A stretch of 64,000 nt of DNA from contig JACQIB010000005.1 of the NCBI GenBank assembly GCA_016198755.1, positions 64,001-128,000 of the forward strand. Direction: 5' to 3'. Under the pieces are notes generated by a model. The model was not told the DNA's origin. It worked only from the letters and a program-made list of their open reading frames with translations, and did no database searches. A program made the position numbers and the translations under genes. The stretch is from Candidatus Aenigmatarchaeota archaeon (GTDB taxonomy: Archaea; Aenigmatarchaeota; Aenigmatarchaeia; Aenigmatarchaeales; JACQIB01). Positions 17,776-27,474 of this stretch are shown here, in pieces (positions within the stretch are counted from its first letter, which is position 1; every line of letters starts with the position of its first letter).

Positions 17776-18792
17776 TTATCTGCGAGGCCTGCGTCTGGAT
17801 CTCTCTGCAGTTTCCATGTCACGATGTACAGCTTCGGCTATTCTCTCATGCATGGGTCGTTGTGTCACAACAACTGGATCTCGTTCTCTAGCTGTTGCCA
17901 AAAATAATGATGACTCAGACAAAGGTTTTTTATTTCCAGTTGGATACGCAAGTTTGTTTTCTTCGTAAGCTACAGCACGCTGGAATGCTTTTCCATTGTT
18001 CCCTAAAGTAAACAGCCAAGCTTCCGTTGGAGTAAGCTCGTTTTCGCAATATCCATTCCATATTCCATAATCAAGTAATGGCAAAATTCTTCGTAAATGT
18101 TCCTCTGGACTGTTGCCTGGGGGATCTAACTTCATTTCAGTTTCCATTTCCTTTATTTTTCCTGTCCTAAACTCCAAAGCCTGATTTTTTCCTGTCATAC
18201 TGGAATAGAGTGATGTTTTCCAATGATAGCCTCCAAAAACACCTCTCACAGGCTTCAATATAGTCCATATTTCAGAGTTGTCATCTGATTCCAGCATTCT
18301 GCCGACAGTCAGATGATGTTCCCTATCTTTATTAGCTGAATTATATGCCTGAGCATAAGGAACTCTTTTTTGAGCGGGTTTAAGTGGGTTTGGCATAACG
18401 TTCATATATATAGTCATTGATGGCTCCCTGCTTTCAACGTCTCTGTCAGAAATGCTCTTCTCATATTCTCTCAAAAGATATATTCTAACCGGGCTTCGCC
18501 TGCACGGTTTCTTCCACTTTTCTACAACAGCGAGTGGATCGGGATCTGCTGTTTTATCAGGAACTAACATGGGCATTAGAAAGCGGTCTACACCAAGAGA
18601 AGCTGCTAATTGCACAGGAACGTCAGAAGAAACATGAATATAGATATTGGTATCCGAAGGGCTTAGTACCAGACCATATGGCGGACTTACACCTAAACTT
18701 ATTCTTCTGTTATCTTGGCTGTCATATATAACATGATTTCCATTAGAATCTTTTTCCCCGATTTTTCTTACAGTTAATTCTGGCATGTCCAT
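17776..18792 (-). CDS. Hypothetical protein (ORFan, 338 aa)
   Basis: Long ORF with a TATA-like box about 25 nt upstream; no recognisable motif. Confidence 0.75.
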   Translation of the reverse strand: MDMPELTVRKIGEKDSNGNHVIYDSQDNRRISLGVSPPYGLVLSPSDTNIYIHVSSDVPVQLAASLGVDRFLMPMLVPDKTADPDPLAVVEKWKKPCRRSPVRIYLLREYEKSISDRDVESREPSMTIYMNVMPNPLKPAQKRVPYAQAYNSANKDREHHLTVGRMLESDDNSEIWTILKPVRGVFGGYHWKTSLYSSMTGKNQALEFRTGKIKEMETEMKLDPPGNSPEEHLRRILPLLDYGIWNGYCENELTPTEAWLFTLGNNGKAFQRAVAYEENKLAYPTGNKKPLSESSLFLATARERDPVVVTQRPMHERIAEAVHRDMETAERSRRRPRR

Positions 18793-18817
18793 ACTTTTCT
18801 TACATACAAGAAGTTAT

Positions 18818-19066
18818 TTAAGCATTGGTTTTTTTGGTGCTATATTTTTTCCAGCGCGCTATCATCCTTTTTCTTTTAATCCAGTCTTTCAAAATATAGA
18901 AGTGCTCCACATATTCTTCTATAAAACTAAACAAAATAGCCAGTATTGCTATTATTGCTAAAACTTCAAAGGAGAGTTTTCCACCAGAGACAAAAACAGC
19001 TATTATATCCTCTATCAAACCAACAAAAAAGAAGAGCACAAAAAGCTCTATTTTTTTCAATTCCAT
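18818..19066 (-). CDS. Small two-helix membrane protein
   Basis: Hydrophobic 82-aa ORF (FFVGLIEDIIAV...AILFSFIEE). Confidence 0.7.
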   Translation of the reverse strand: MELKKIELFVLFFFVGLIEDIIAVFVSGGKLSFEVLAIIAILAILFSFIEEYVEHFYILKDWIKRKRMIARWKKYSTKKTNA

Positions 19067-19096
19067 ATGTAAATTAGGATTTGCAGCTTTAAAAGT

Positions 19097-20893
19097 TTAC
19101 TGCTTACTTTCCACAGGAACCGGGCATGCATGGTCTGCGCATTCAACGCAAACAGCTTTGTTTTCAACCTGCAAAACTTCTGCATCCCTTGAGCCAGATC
19201 TGTAAACTGTTATTCCCTTGCATCCGGTTTTCCATGCCTGAATATAGGCTGCTGCAACATCTTCTTTCGTGGCTGTAAATGAAAAATTTATTGTCTTTGA
19301 GACTGAATTATCACACCAGCGCTGGAAAGCAGACTGCATTTTCACGTGCCACTCCACAGATATTTGAGCTGAGATAACAAAAGTCTTTTTCAGTTCATCC
19401 GGAAGGTTTGCAGGACAGGAACCTGTCTTGACCATTTCTTTTAACAGTTCAGGACTCCACAAACCAGCTGCTTTTAACTTTTCTTCGAAAACAGGGTTAA
19501 CCTCATACAAAGTTTCACCATCCAGAACATTTCTTTTGAAAGCTAATGCAAATGTAGGTTCTATTCCACTGCTACAACCTGCAATAATGCTTATTGTTCC
19601 TGTGGGAGCAATTGTAGTTACAGTGCTGTTTCTGATTGATGGTCCGCCTGAGTAAATACTTGCACGGAAAGCTGGGAATGAACCGCGCTCTTCTGCCAAA
19701 ACAATAGAAGCTTTCTTTGCTTCAGTTTGTACAAACTGCATTATTTGTTCCCCAGTTAAGACGGCTGCTTCAGAGTTATAGGGAATTCCCATTTTGAAAA
19801 GTAAATCAGCAAAGCCCATTACACCCAAACCAATTTTTCGCGTAGTTTTGGTCATATCCTCTACTGATGGAAGCGGGTGTTTGCTCACACTTATTATATT
19901 GTCTAAAAAGTGAACCGCAGACCAGATTGTTTTTCTCAGTTTATCCCAGTCTACTCCATTTGAGAAATGGTTCGATATATTTATTGAACCCAAATTGCAG
20001 GACTCATACGGTAAAAGCGGGAGTTCGCCACAAGGATTAGTTGCAATCATTTGACCTAAAGCAGGTGTTGGATTGTATTTGTTTACAATATCCAAAAATA
20101 TTGCTCCCGGCTCCCCGTTTTTCCAAGCACCCTCAATAATCTCGTTAAAAAGCTCGTGCGCAGGAATTGTTTTCACAATTTTTCCATCATGCGGATCTGT
20201 CAGATCCCAGCCTTTCCCGCTTTCAACAGCCTCCATAAAAGCATCTGTTATTCCAACGGAAATATTGAAATTTGTTATTTCATTTTCCTTTTCTTTGCAG
20301 TGGATAAACTCCAAAATATCCGGATGGTCGCAGTTCATTATTCCCATATTAGCTCCCCCTCGGGCTAAACCCTGCCTCACAGCTTTCAGAGCCGCAGAGT
20401 ATATTTTAAGGAAAATAACTGGACCCGCTGCAACATCAGCAGTGTTCCTGACTGTTGCGCCTTTGTGCCTTATTTTGGAAAAGTTAAATCCTGTCCCGCC
20501 TCCGGCCTTCTGTATTTTAACTGCATCTTTCAGCGTGGAAAAAATACTGTCCATATTATCCTCTAAGGGAAGAACAAAACAAGCTGAGAGCATTCCAATA
20601 TCTGTACCAGCGTTAAGGAGAGTGGGGGAATTGGGAATAAAGTCCAAAGAACTGATAAGGTTGTAAAATTCCTGCTCCATTTTATCAATTTTAGCATTCT
20701 CGTTGTTAAGCAGATCCCCGGCTGCAATTGCCTTTGCAACTCTCCTGAACAACTCTTCAGGATTCTCCTTTGTACCGTCAGCTTTTGTGCGCAGGTATCT
20801 TTTATTCAGAACAGCCAGAGCATTCTCAGTAAGGGAAGGCATTTGTAGGGATTCTCGTGGGGGTTTATTAAGCATTTCTGTGCTGGGAAGCAA
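19097..20893 (-). CDS. nrdJ: Adenosylcobalamin-dependent (class II) ribonucleotide reductase; start uncertain (20842-20893)
   Basis: PNSPTL, LSACFV, GGGTG, RGGANMG, NFNISV, TNPCGE, CNLGSIN, TIAPTGT, SKTIN, KGITVYR. Confidence 0.95.
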   Translation of the reverse strand: MLPSTEMLNKPPRESLQMPSLTENALAVLNKRYLRTKADGTKENPEELFRRVAKAIAAGDLLNNENAKIDKMEQEFYNLISSLDFIPNSPTLLNAGTDIGMLSACFVLPLEDNMDSIFSTLKDAVKIQKAGGGTGFNFSKIRHKGATVRNTADVAAGPVIFLKIYSAALKAVRQGLARGGANMGIMNCDHPDILEFIHCKEKENEITNFNISVGITDAFMEAVESGKGWDLTDPHDGKIVKTIPAHELFNEIIEGAWKNGEPGAIFLDIVNKYNPTPALGQMIATNPCGELPLLPYESCNLGSINISNHFSNGVDWDKLRKTIWSAVHFLDNIISVSKHPLPSVEDMTKTTRKIGLGVMGFADLLFKMGIPYNSEAAVLTGEQIMQFVQTEAKKASIVLAEERGSFPAFRASIYSGGPSIRNSTVTTIAPTGTISIIAGCSSGIEPTFALAFKRNVLDGETLYEVNPVFEEKLKAAGLWSPELLKEMVKTGSCPANLPDELKKTFVISAQISVEWHVKMQSAFQRWCDNSVSKTINFSFTATKEDVAAAYIQAWKTGCKGITVYRSGSRDAEVLQVENKAVCVECADHACPVPVESKQ

Positions 20894-20936
20894 CTATGCA
20901 GGTTTCTATTTATAGGAAAAAAACACAACTTCTTTC

Positions 20937-21548
20937 ATGGAAATAACATTCAAAGGAAGGGAAATAATTTTCAACAAGGAGATGAATTTCCTGGACAAGC
21001 TGGTGGTGGAATTCTGCGGGATTTTGGAAGCTGCCGGCATAGAGTATGTTATTGTTTCGGGCTATGTTTCTATTTTATTTGGAAGGACTAGGACAACAGA
21101 AGATGTTGATATGTTTATTGAAAAGGTTTCCAAGGAGAAACTTGCGGGGGTTTTGGATGTGCTGGAAAAAAAGGGTTTTTGGGTAATAAATTCGGGTTCT
21201 GTTGATGATGCATTTGAAATTTTGAGCGATAATATAGCCATACGGATTGCTAAAGCTGAAAAAACTCTGCCGAACTTCGAAGTAAAATTTGCAAAGAAAG
21301 ACACAGATTTCTATTCCATGAAAAAAAGGCTGGCTGTAAATCTGCCTGATGGGAAAATATATATTTCACCAATAGAAATGCATATAGCATACAAGCTCTA
21401 TTTGGGAAGTGAAAAGGATATGGAAGATGCTTATCATGTCTATAAATTATTGAAAAACAATATTGATATAGGAGAGCTTAAGAGGTTGATAAATATGTTG
21501 GGGGTTGAAAAACAGGCAAGGAGGGAGCTGGCTGGTTTGTATGTTTAA
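20937..21548 (+). CDS. DUF6036-like nucleotidyltransferase
   Basis: YVIVSGYVSILFGRTRTTEDVD; IAYKLYLGSEKDMEDA. Confidence 0.78.
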   Translation: MEITFKGREIIFNKEMNFLDKLVVEFCGILEAAGIEYVIVSGYVSILFGRTRTTEDVDMFIEKVSKEKLAGVLDVLEKKGFWVINSGSVDDAFEILSDNIAIRIAKAEKTLPNFEVKFAKKDTDFYSMKKRLAVNLPDGKIYISPIEMHIAYKLYLGSEKDMEDAYHVYKLLKNNIDIGELKRLINMLGVEKQARRELAGLYV

Positions 21549-21699
21549 TCTCGAAGAGCTTGAAAAAGACAGGAAAATTAACAGGCTGGAGAGAAGAAAA
21601 TTCATTGATCTCTGGATTGATTTTATGGAAAAAAACCCTAATTATATATGGAGCAGGCAGCATGCAGATTTTGTGGATATGGTCTACGGGAAGAAATGA
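21541..21699 (+). CDS. Small partner protein of the nucleotidyltransferase (52 aa)
   Basis: ATG overlaps the upstream gene end; MFNLEELEKDRKINRLERRKFIDLWIDFMEKNPNYIWSRQHADFVD. Confidence 0.7.
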   Translation: MFNLEELEKDRKINRLERRKFIDLWIDFMEKNPNYIWSRQHADFVDMVYGKK

Positions 21700-21784
21700 T
21701 ATGATTAGAGAAGAACTTGAAATTTTGGAGTAATGTGAATCGGGGATTTGGAAGGTTTAAATGCGCTTTCTCCAAGTATGTTGG

Positions 21785-22276
21785 ATGCCAATAACTCCTT
21801 TCCACTGGTCTGTTCTGGCTTTAGGTTTTCTAGTCTTCAACAGCCTGTATCTGCCTGCTTTAGCAATCTCCTCTGTTATAATGGATATAGAACCTGCTTA
21901 CTATATGTTTATTTCTCCAAGAGCAGATGGACTGCTGCATGGATTTTTTCACACCTATATTGGAGTTACAATAATTGGATTGCTTGTTGGGTTTGTTCTT
22001 GTAAGGTTTAGGAAAAATGTAGATAGAATAATGGGTTTTCTAAAAATTCCTCAGCAAAGCATAAGCAACAGGCTTGTTTATGTCTCCTCATTGCTGGCAG
22101 CTTTCTCACATGTTTTTCTGGATTCTTTCATGCACTCGGATATGAAGCCTTTCTATCCGCTGCAGCAGAATCCTTTTTTGGGTTTGGTGAGTACTTTTGA
22201 TATTTACCTTTTAACAGGAATTGTGCTGCTTTCTGTTCCTGTTCTTTATTTGATTAAGGTTGTGAGAAAGGCTTAG
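21785..22276 (+). CDS. Membrane-bound metal-dependent hydrolase (DUF4184/YdjM-like)
   Basis: MPITPFH...D...HGFFHT...SHVFLDSFMH...PFYP. Confidence 0.82.
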   Translation: MPITPFHWSVLALGFLVFNSLYLPALAISSVIMDIEPAYYMFISPRADGLLHGFFHTYIGVTIIGLLVGFVLVRFRKNVDRIMGFLKIPQQSISNRLVYVSSLLAAFSHVFLDSFMHSDMKPFYPLQQNPFLGLVSTFDIYLLTGIVLLSVPVLYLIKVVRKA

Positions 22277-22362
22277 TGAAAGCTATAATAAAGGCATTAG
22301 AATAATGCTTCTGACTCTGTGTAAAACTAAGCAAATCTACAAGCACTGACTAAGGAAGAGCT

Positions 22363-22647
22363 TTACTGCAAAATTTTCATTGCAGTTGTTAATGCTCCTA
22401 TCAGGGCAGATACCAAGCCTATGGCACCGAAAATTGCAGAGCCAACTGAAAGGCTTGCTGCATAACCTGCCACAGAACTGAATCCACCTAATGCCTCGAA
22501 TGCTGCAGCAAGCAGGAAGAAAACCCCACCTACAGCAATCCAGGCAAATCCTTTCTCAGCTCTTGCCCTAACCTTTGCAAATTCTGCCAGAGCTGGCGCC
22601 AAAATCAGCGAAATGCTGAATGCCACCAGCGAAAACTCTAGGGCCAT
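22363..22647 (-). CDS. Small three-helix membrane protein
   Basis: Hydrophobic 94-aa ORF. Confidence 0.75.
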   Translation of the reverse strand: MALEFSLVAFSISLILAPALAEFAKVRARAEKGFAWIAVGGVFFLLAAAFEALGGFSSVAGYAASLSVGSAIFGAIGLVSALIGALTTAMKILQ

Positions 22648-22689
22648 GCTTTTCTATATGGGAGAACCAGTTAATAAGCGTTTCTTTGC

Positions 22690-23634
22690 CTAAAATCTCC
22701 TTATCTCCAGAGCTGCCTCATCAACTTTCCTTATGTATTTTTCTCTGTTTCCTGTAAAATCGACAAGCGTATATCTACTGACCTCATTGAATGGTTCTAT
22801 AACCTGCTCAGCCATGAGCTGTTTTATATTGCCTTCTTCCATGCTTGTACTTGGGTCTGCCAAGCAATCTCTGACTAATTTTAAGCGTTCTCTGGTTACC
22901 TGCGCACTCCCCATCAGAGTTGCAATATAGTTCCAGTCTATATGATTTGATCTGTATGCAATGAGGTTTGCAACATCAGAAACGTCCTTTATCCATGTTT
23001 TAGGCGCTCCATTTTCATCCTTTATCCTCTGCATATTCGTGAGCTTAAATGCTATAAAGTCATTTACCCCCTGAAACCTGACATGCTGCCCGCCGATATT
23101 GGCTGTGCTGGCATGGCTTTCTAGTCCAGCTAATGCAACAGCTGGATCAGGAAATATCCCTCTGTTAAAATAACCTTTTGTATAAAAACCCGGATCTATA
23201 ACATCCACAGCAAGCTCTGCTGGCAACTCTGTATTGCCATCTATAGGCTGCTTAAGCTGCACTGTTCCAACACGAATCTTCCTCTGACGTGGCCTGTCTT
23301 TGCCTGCTGCATCCTTTGTATATTTAGAACTCCGCTGTTCATAGGTTGGACCTAGCCTTGAAACAACTCCTTCGTCCGTAAGTGTTGAATAAAAATCTAC
23401 ATCCCCAACATATCTCAGTCTTTTCCTGTGAGTTAGCCATTCGGGAGTGGGGTTTATAACCCTGCCAGCAGAAACAGCACTGCCGGAGAGCGCATCAAGC
23501 ATATTCAGCTCATAAGCACAGCCCCCAGTTACTATTCCTCCTCCCAGTATTCTTGAAACATCAGACTCAACTCCCAGCCTTACTTCAAAAGGTATAAACT
23601 GTTCGCTCAGGGATTTCGGTTCCATTTCTGACAT
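22690..23634 (-). CDS. Divergent Pol-beta-superfamily nucleotidyltransferase
   Basis: IVTGGCA...VGDVDF...VDVID...IAFKL...KDVSDV layout. Confidence 0.65.
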   Translation of the reverse strand: MSEMEPKSLSEQFIPFEVRLGVESDVSRILGGGIVTGGCAYELNMLDALSGSAVSAGRVINPTPEWLTHRKRLRYVGDVDFYSTLTDEGVVSRLGPTYEQRSSKYTKDAAGKDRPRQRKIRVGTVQLKQPIDGNTELPAELAVDVIDPGFYTKGYFNRGIFPDPAVALAGLESHASTANIGGQHVRFQGVNDFIAFKLTNMQRIKDENGAPKTWIKDVSDVANLIAYRSNHIDWNYIATLMGSAQVTRERLKLVRDCLADPSTSMEEGNIKQLMAEQVIEPFNEVSRYTLVDFTGNREKYIRKVDEAALEIRRF

Positions 23635-23782
23635 AATAATTATTGGGGAGAAAAGCTTAAATCAGACCCTGATAGTAACAGAGGTTTTATGCACCTCTAA
23701 TAAACCAACACTGCAATGCGACTTCAATCATTAATGTGCTGCAAATTACGCCGTAAAGGTATAAAAAGATGTTCTTTGTATG

Positions 23783-24364
23783 CTATTTTATTTTACTCTC
23801 TACAGACCTTAGTGCATCAGAAAACTCTCTCTGAGCCTGCTCTACCGATCCCGTGTTCTGGATAACATGCAATTGCAATCCTGCGGCATTTGAATAATAC
23901 TCTGCTGCACGCCTTTCCATATGCAGTTCGTACTCTACTACAGCTAGGTCTTTAGATCTCCTTTCTCCAGCATCACTGTGGTCTGCCACCCTCCTTGCAA
24001 GCACTTGTTCTGGTGCTGCCTCAACCAAAAGATAACCTGTGATATGGTTCTTGGCTAACCAGTCGGGTATTCCCATCTCCCAACTACGTGGCATAGTACC
24101 GTCCATTATTAGAATTGTGTAATGGGAATCTACAATCACCTTTCGATTTGCCCTAGCAATTGCCTTAAAGGTTTCATCCCCAACCCTTGCCCGCTCGTCA
24201 TAAGGCAATCTATTGAGCATATCATTAGTAATACCATACTGGTTTGCATACCTAACCATCTCCTTGCTGACCGATACAACATCCCGCCCCAGCAAGTCCG
24301 CACCTTTTATTATGGTGCTTTTTCCAACAGCGTGCACTCCTCCAATCCAGACAGCATCAACCAT
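23783..24364 (-). CDS. P-loop kinase, archaeal adenylate kinase-like
   Basis: GGVHAVGKST, IVDSHY, LVEAAPEQVLARR...D...RR. Confidence 0.78.
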   Translation of the reverse strand: MVDAVWIGGVHAVGKSTIIKGADLLGRDVVSVSKEMVRYANQYGITNDMLNRLPYDERARVGDETFKAIARANRKVIVDSHYTILIMDGTMPRSWEMGIPDWLAKNHITGYLLVEAAPEQVLARRVADHSDAGERRSKDLAVVEYELHMERRAAEYYSNAAGLQLHVIQNTGSVEQAQREFSDALRSVESKIK

Positions 24365-24401
24365 TTTATCTATATAATAATAAAAAACAAATCTATTTAA
24401 A

Positions 24402-24971
24402 TCATCCTCTGAAAGTCTGGGATTGGAAACTGTAGAGTTTTATTGGATTTGTTTTCCAGCCGTCTGGAGGCAGGTTTACTTTCTTTGCTAAATTTTCTAA
24501 AAATTCTTCAGTTGTCCACTTGTTTTGGATAGGAGTGGATGGAAGGAAAATTCCTCCTAAAGATTTATGCTGCATTATTAGCCCATCTGTGGCAATCCTG
24601 ATTTGTTTAATATAATCATGCGGATCTTTTGCAAGCAAAAGGTCAGGTTCTGTCAAAATAGAAAGTTCTATTGTTAGCATTGGAAGGTCCTGCAACTCAA
24701 GCTGCGGGTAAGTTTTGTCCTGAGAAGCTGAAATAACAGCATCTGTTGAGGTTTTTATCAAAGAATCTGTTGGGAACGGTATTCCCTTAGAACCTCTTAA
24801 CTGTTTTTCCAGCCCAATTTTTTTGTAAAGCTTTACATAAACCCCGTGCTTTTCCTTTAGCTCTGGGGATAGAACACGCGGGAAGTCTATTACCCTTCTG
24901 TGCCTTAAGTAAAGCTCAAGAGCCTGCCTGCAAAACCCAGTCAAAAACCTGCCTGTTTCTTCTGAAACCAT
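24402..24971 (-). CDS. AMMECR1-domain protein
   Basis: GVYVKL...LRGSKG...IELSILT...DGL...GIFLP...W...EFL. Confidence 0.85.
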   Translation of the reverse strand: MVSEETGRFLTGFCRQALELYLRHRRVIDFPRVLSPELKEKHGVYVKLYKKIGLEKQLRGSKGIPFPTDSLIKTSTDAVISASQDKTYPQLELQDLPMLTIELSILTEPDLLLAKDPHDYIKQIRIATDGLIMQHKSLGGIFLPSTPIQNKWTTEEFLENLAKKVNLPPDGWKTNPIKLYSFQSQTFRG

Positions 24972-25015
24972 GTTAATCTATTGTTTTACAAGAATAAAAG
25001 GGTTTGAAAATTAGG

Positions 25016-25768
25016 CTAGGTGCGTGTCAAAGCCAATCTGGAATGTGTTGGCCTGTAATGTGTAAGAATAGATAAAGCATCATCATAAACAATAACAGGC
25101 TCACCGCTCTCTAAACTAATTCTTGGGGAAGCCCAGCCATCATCGCCGAAAGTTAAGCTTCTTATTGATGGAAATATCTCAAGTTCCTCCTCTATGTTTT
25201 CTGCTGTTACATCGCCCTTTAAAACTATTATTCCCTCCCTTGTTTTCACACTAGCAACGCCTCTTATTCCCATAGTTCTTGTTATGTCAACAACAGTTGG
25301 CACAACCTCACCGGTTTTTGAAACAGTTATTGTTGGCTTTTTAGCTACTATTCCTGAACTGTGCACGAGAGGGCCATATAAATGCTCAGGAGCTTCCCCG
25401 TAGTTTCTTCCGGACTTACTTTCTTTCAACAGTACCTTTCCAAATTCATCAGAATCCTGCAAACCAACCAAGCTAGCTTCCCATGTTTGCCCCCTGTATC
25501 TTGGTATTTGTAAGTGGGAAATAAGATAAACTGCCTGAGCCCATTCTACTCTGACTGTTCTATCAGGGCCAGCAAACATTTCTTTCAGGTAGGCTGGCGT
25601 TGATTCCTTTAACATTAAGGGAGATCCTAAGCACCTCCCATTAGGCAGTCTGGTATAGTTGCCAGTTGTTACAGAACCAGAATATCCCCAACCATAGCCG
25701 CGCTCCATTGGTGGAAGAGATATTTGTCCAGTAAACCTGTTTAGAAGTGCAACATTTGTTTTGGGCAT
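25016..25768 (-). CDS. Hypothetical protein (ORFan)
   Basis: Likely ATG at 25768 (MPKTNVALLNR), about 25 nt below a CTTAAAT box. Confidence 0.7.
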   Translation of the reverse strand: MPKTNVALLNRFTGQISLPPMERGYGWGYSGSVTTGNYTRLPNGRCLGSPLMLKESTPAYLKEMFAGPDRTVRVEWAQAVYLISHLQIPRYRGQTWEASLVGLQDSDEFGKVLLKESKSGRNYGEAPEHLYGPLVHSSGIVAKKPTITVSKTGEVVPTVVDITRTMGIRGVASVKTREGIIVLKGDVTAENIEEELEIFPSIRSLTFGDDGWASPRISLESGEPVIVYDDALSILTHYRPTHSRLALTRT

Positions 25769-25891
25769 TAGAGATAAAGTGCAGAAAAGAGATTTAAGCT
25801 TGCAGAGACCGCTGCAAGCGCCGAATGGAAAAGAAGAAGAAAAAACACGAAAAAATTCGGTTTTTTGGGTCTCGGAAAGCACTTGGCTCCC

Positions 25892-26272
25892 TTACCCAAT
25901 CTTCACTGAGCCTGCTCTCCATATTGACTCAATAGCCACTATAACTGCAGCTGGTGCTGCAAGTGCTGCAAGATTGCCCACGATATCACCCAAGTAACCC
26001 CCAACTGATGGGAAGTCCTTTAGGGAGAACTTGGCTGCTCCTGCAAGCAACAGAGCTATTGTTGCCAATAGGAAGGTCTCGGATTCATCCTTGGATACTG
26101 AACCCCAGCCGAGAGCTGCTAATAGCCCTACAACTGTTCCCAGTACTACCAAGGCGCTTCCTGCCCAGGGAAGGGTTGCGGAACCGACTACTCCTGCTAC
26201 TACTGAGATTATTACTCCCAGTATGAACAGATAGCCGCTTACCTTTACCCAGTCACCTGTTTTTCCTGCCAT
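25892..26272 (-). CDS. Four-helix membrane protein
   Basis: GGTGA SD; hydrophobic helices; LGTVVGLL...ESETFLLATIALL...APAAVIVAI. Confidence 0.8.
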   Translation of the reverse strand: MAGKTGDWVKVSGYLFILGVIISVVAGVVGSATLPWAGSALVVLGTVVGLLAALGWGSVSKDESETFLLATIALLLAGAAKFSLKDFPSVGGYLGDIVGNLAALAAPAAVIVAIESIWRAGSVKIG

Positions 26273-26361
26273 TGGTTTTCACCTTTACTTCTATTGGAAA
26301 GGGGTATACTTAAAGCTAACCCTAGCAAAAGCCGTATTATATTAGGTTTATATACCCCCTT

Positions 26362-26385
26362 AAAATACGGTAAATGCCGTATTTT
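26362..26385. promoter_or_regulatory. Inverted repeat (operator or terminator)
   Basis: AAAATACGG-TAAATG-CCGTATTTT; an extra half-site CCGTATT at about 26332. Confidence 0.5.
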
Positions 26386-26409
26386 CTAAGAATTTCCTTT
26401 ATAAAGTGG

Positions 26410-26857
26410 CTATCGAGCCGGATTTGAACTTGGAAAGAATACCTTTCTATATTGCTCTATCTCCTCTGGTGTCGCAGGAGTAGGATCTGTGCACAATTCT
26501 TGCAGCTCATGATGCCTTAATAGCCGTTCGTCTCCGTCAATAAAACATCCTAAAGTAGTTCCTTTTTCCAGAGTAGCTGGAATATGAACAACAAGTTTTT
26601 CCTCTCCTGAAAATTGGGAGAATCCTCGTGGCCTGACACCCATCTCAAGCAATTCTAAAACATTTACAAAGGGATTTGGATTGGCAAAGAGTTTTGGATC
26701 GGTATCTGGATGAGCTGATGCTGCTTCCCATGTTACATAGCTCACTGCATATGCTGCTGCATGACCCTGTTCAGTGGGTATATGTACCCTGGCTGGATAC
26801 TGCAGCATTTACTTTAGATGATACCGCATCCGACAGTGGTGCATCTGATATTACCAT
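26410..26857 (-). pseudogene. Hypothetical gene, probably frameshifted
   Basis: The promoter-proximal ATG at 26857 reads MVISDAPL...SQGTYTH then stop; the main ORF 26410..26808 is in another frame. The shift coincides with a CAGGGT(A)CAT direct repeat. Confidence 0.5.
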
Positions 26858-26900
26858 ATTGAAAATGAGGAAACAAATCTATTTAAAGTGAACTTTTGTG

Positions 26901-27434
26901 CTATAGAACCCTTCTTACAGCAGCATTAAAGTCAAACCTTAATTCTTTTGCTATGTCAGCGGCTCTCTGTTTTAGAGAATTTGAGTTAATTTCACCCATG
27001 GATGGAGGACGTTCTCCATATCCTAAAAAGAAAAACATCTTTTTCTGGGTGGGAAATACTAAAATATCCTCTTCTGGTATGCCTGCGCCATGTTGAGAAT
27101 ACTGCAACTTTGCCATGAACAACTCAGCATTTATCCCTGTGGGGAACTCTGTGCTGGGAAAGGCCCTGCCTGCATTAGGCACAACAATATGTGTTAGTCC
27201 ATTTACCTCCCTTGCCCAAGCCATGCCAGCAGCAGCCCTCCTTGTTATCTCATCTTGCAAAGCAACATAATTTCCAACAGTGCCTGAAATAACATAATCT
27301 GTAGAGAGCCTGCGTGGCCATATTCTATATCCATTATAATGTTTTACATGCTCCAGCGGGAGAAATCCGCGCAGACAAATCGAAGAACCTTCACTATCAA
27401 AACCGGCGTTATTCTCTGTAATATATGTTGGCAT
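26901..27434 (-). CDS. Hypothetical protein, paralog of 27475..28089
   Basis: FLPLEHVKHYNGYRIWPRRLSTD; MFFFLGY; RPPSMG. Confidence 0.75.
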   Translation of the reverse strand: MPTYITENNAGFDSEGSSICLRGFLPLEHVKHYNGYRIWPRRLSTDYVISGTVGNYVALQDEITRRAAAGMAWAREVNGLTHIVVPNAGRAFPSTEFPTGINAELFMAKLQYSQHGAGIPEEDILVFPTQKKMFFFLGYGERPPSMGEINSNSLKQRAADIAKELRFDFNAAVRRVL

Positions 27435-27474
27435 ATAGAAAAGGGAGAAAGAAAGCTATTTAAATAGATATTTT

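Noticed and set aside
22277-22362. C/D-box sRNA in this gap (two CTGA boxes)
   Set aside because: No convincing C box or terminal stem.
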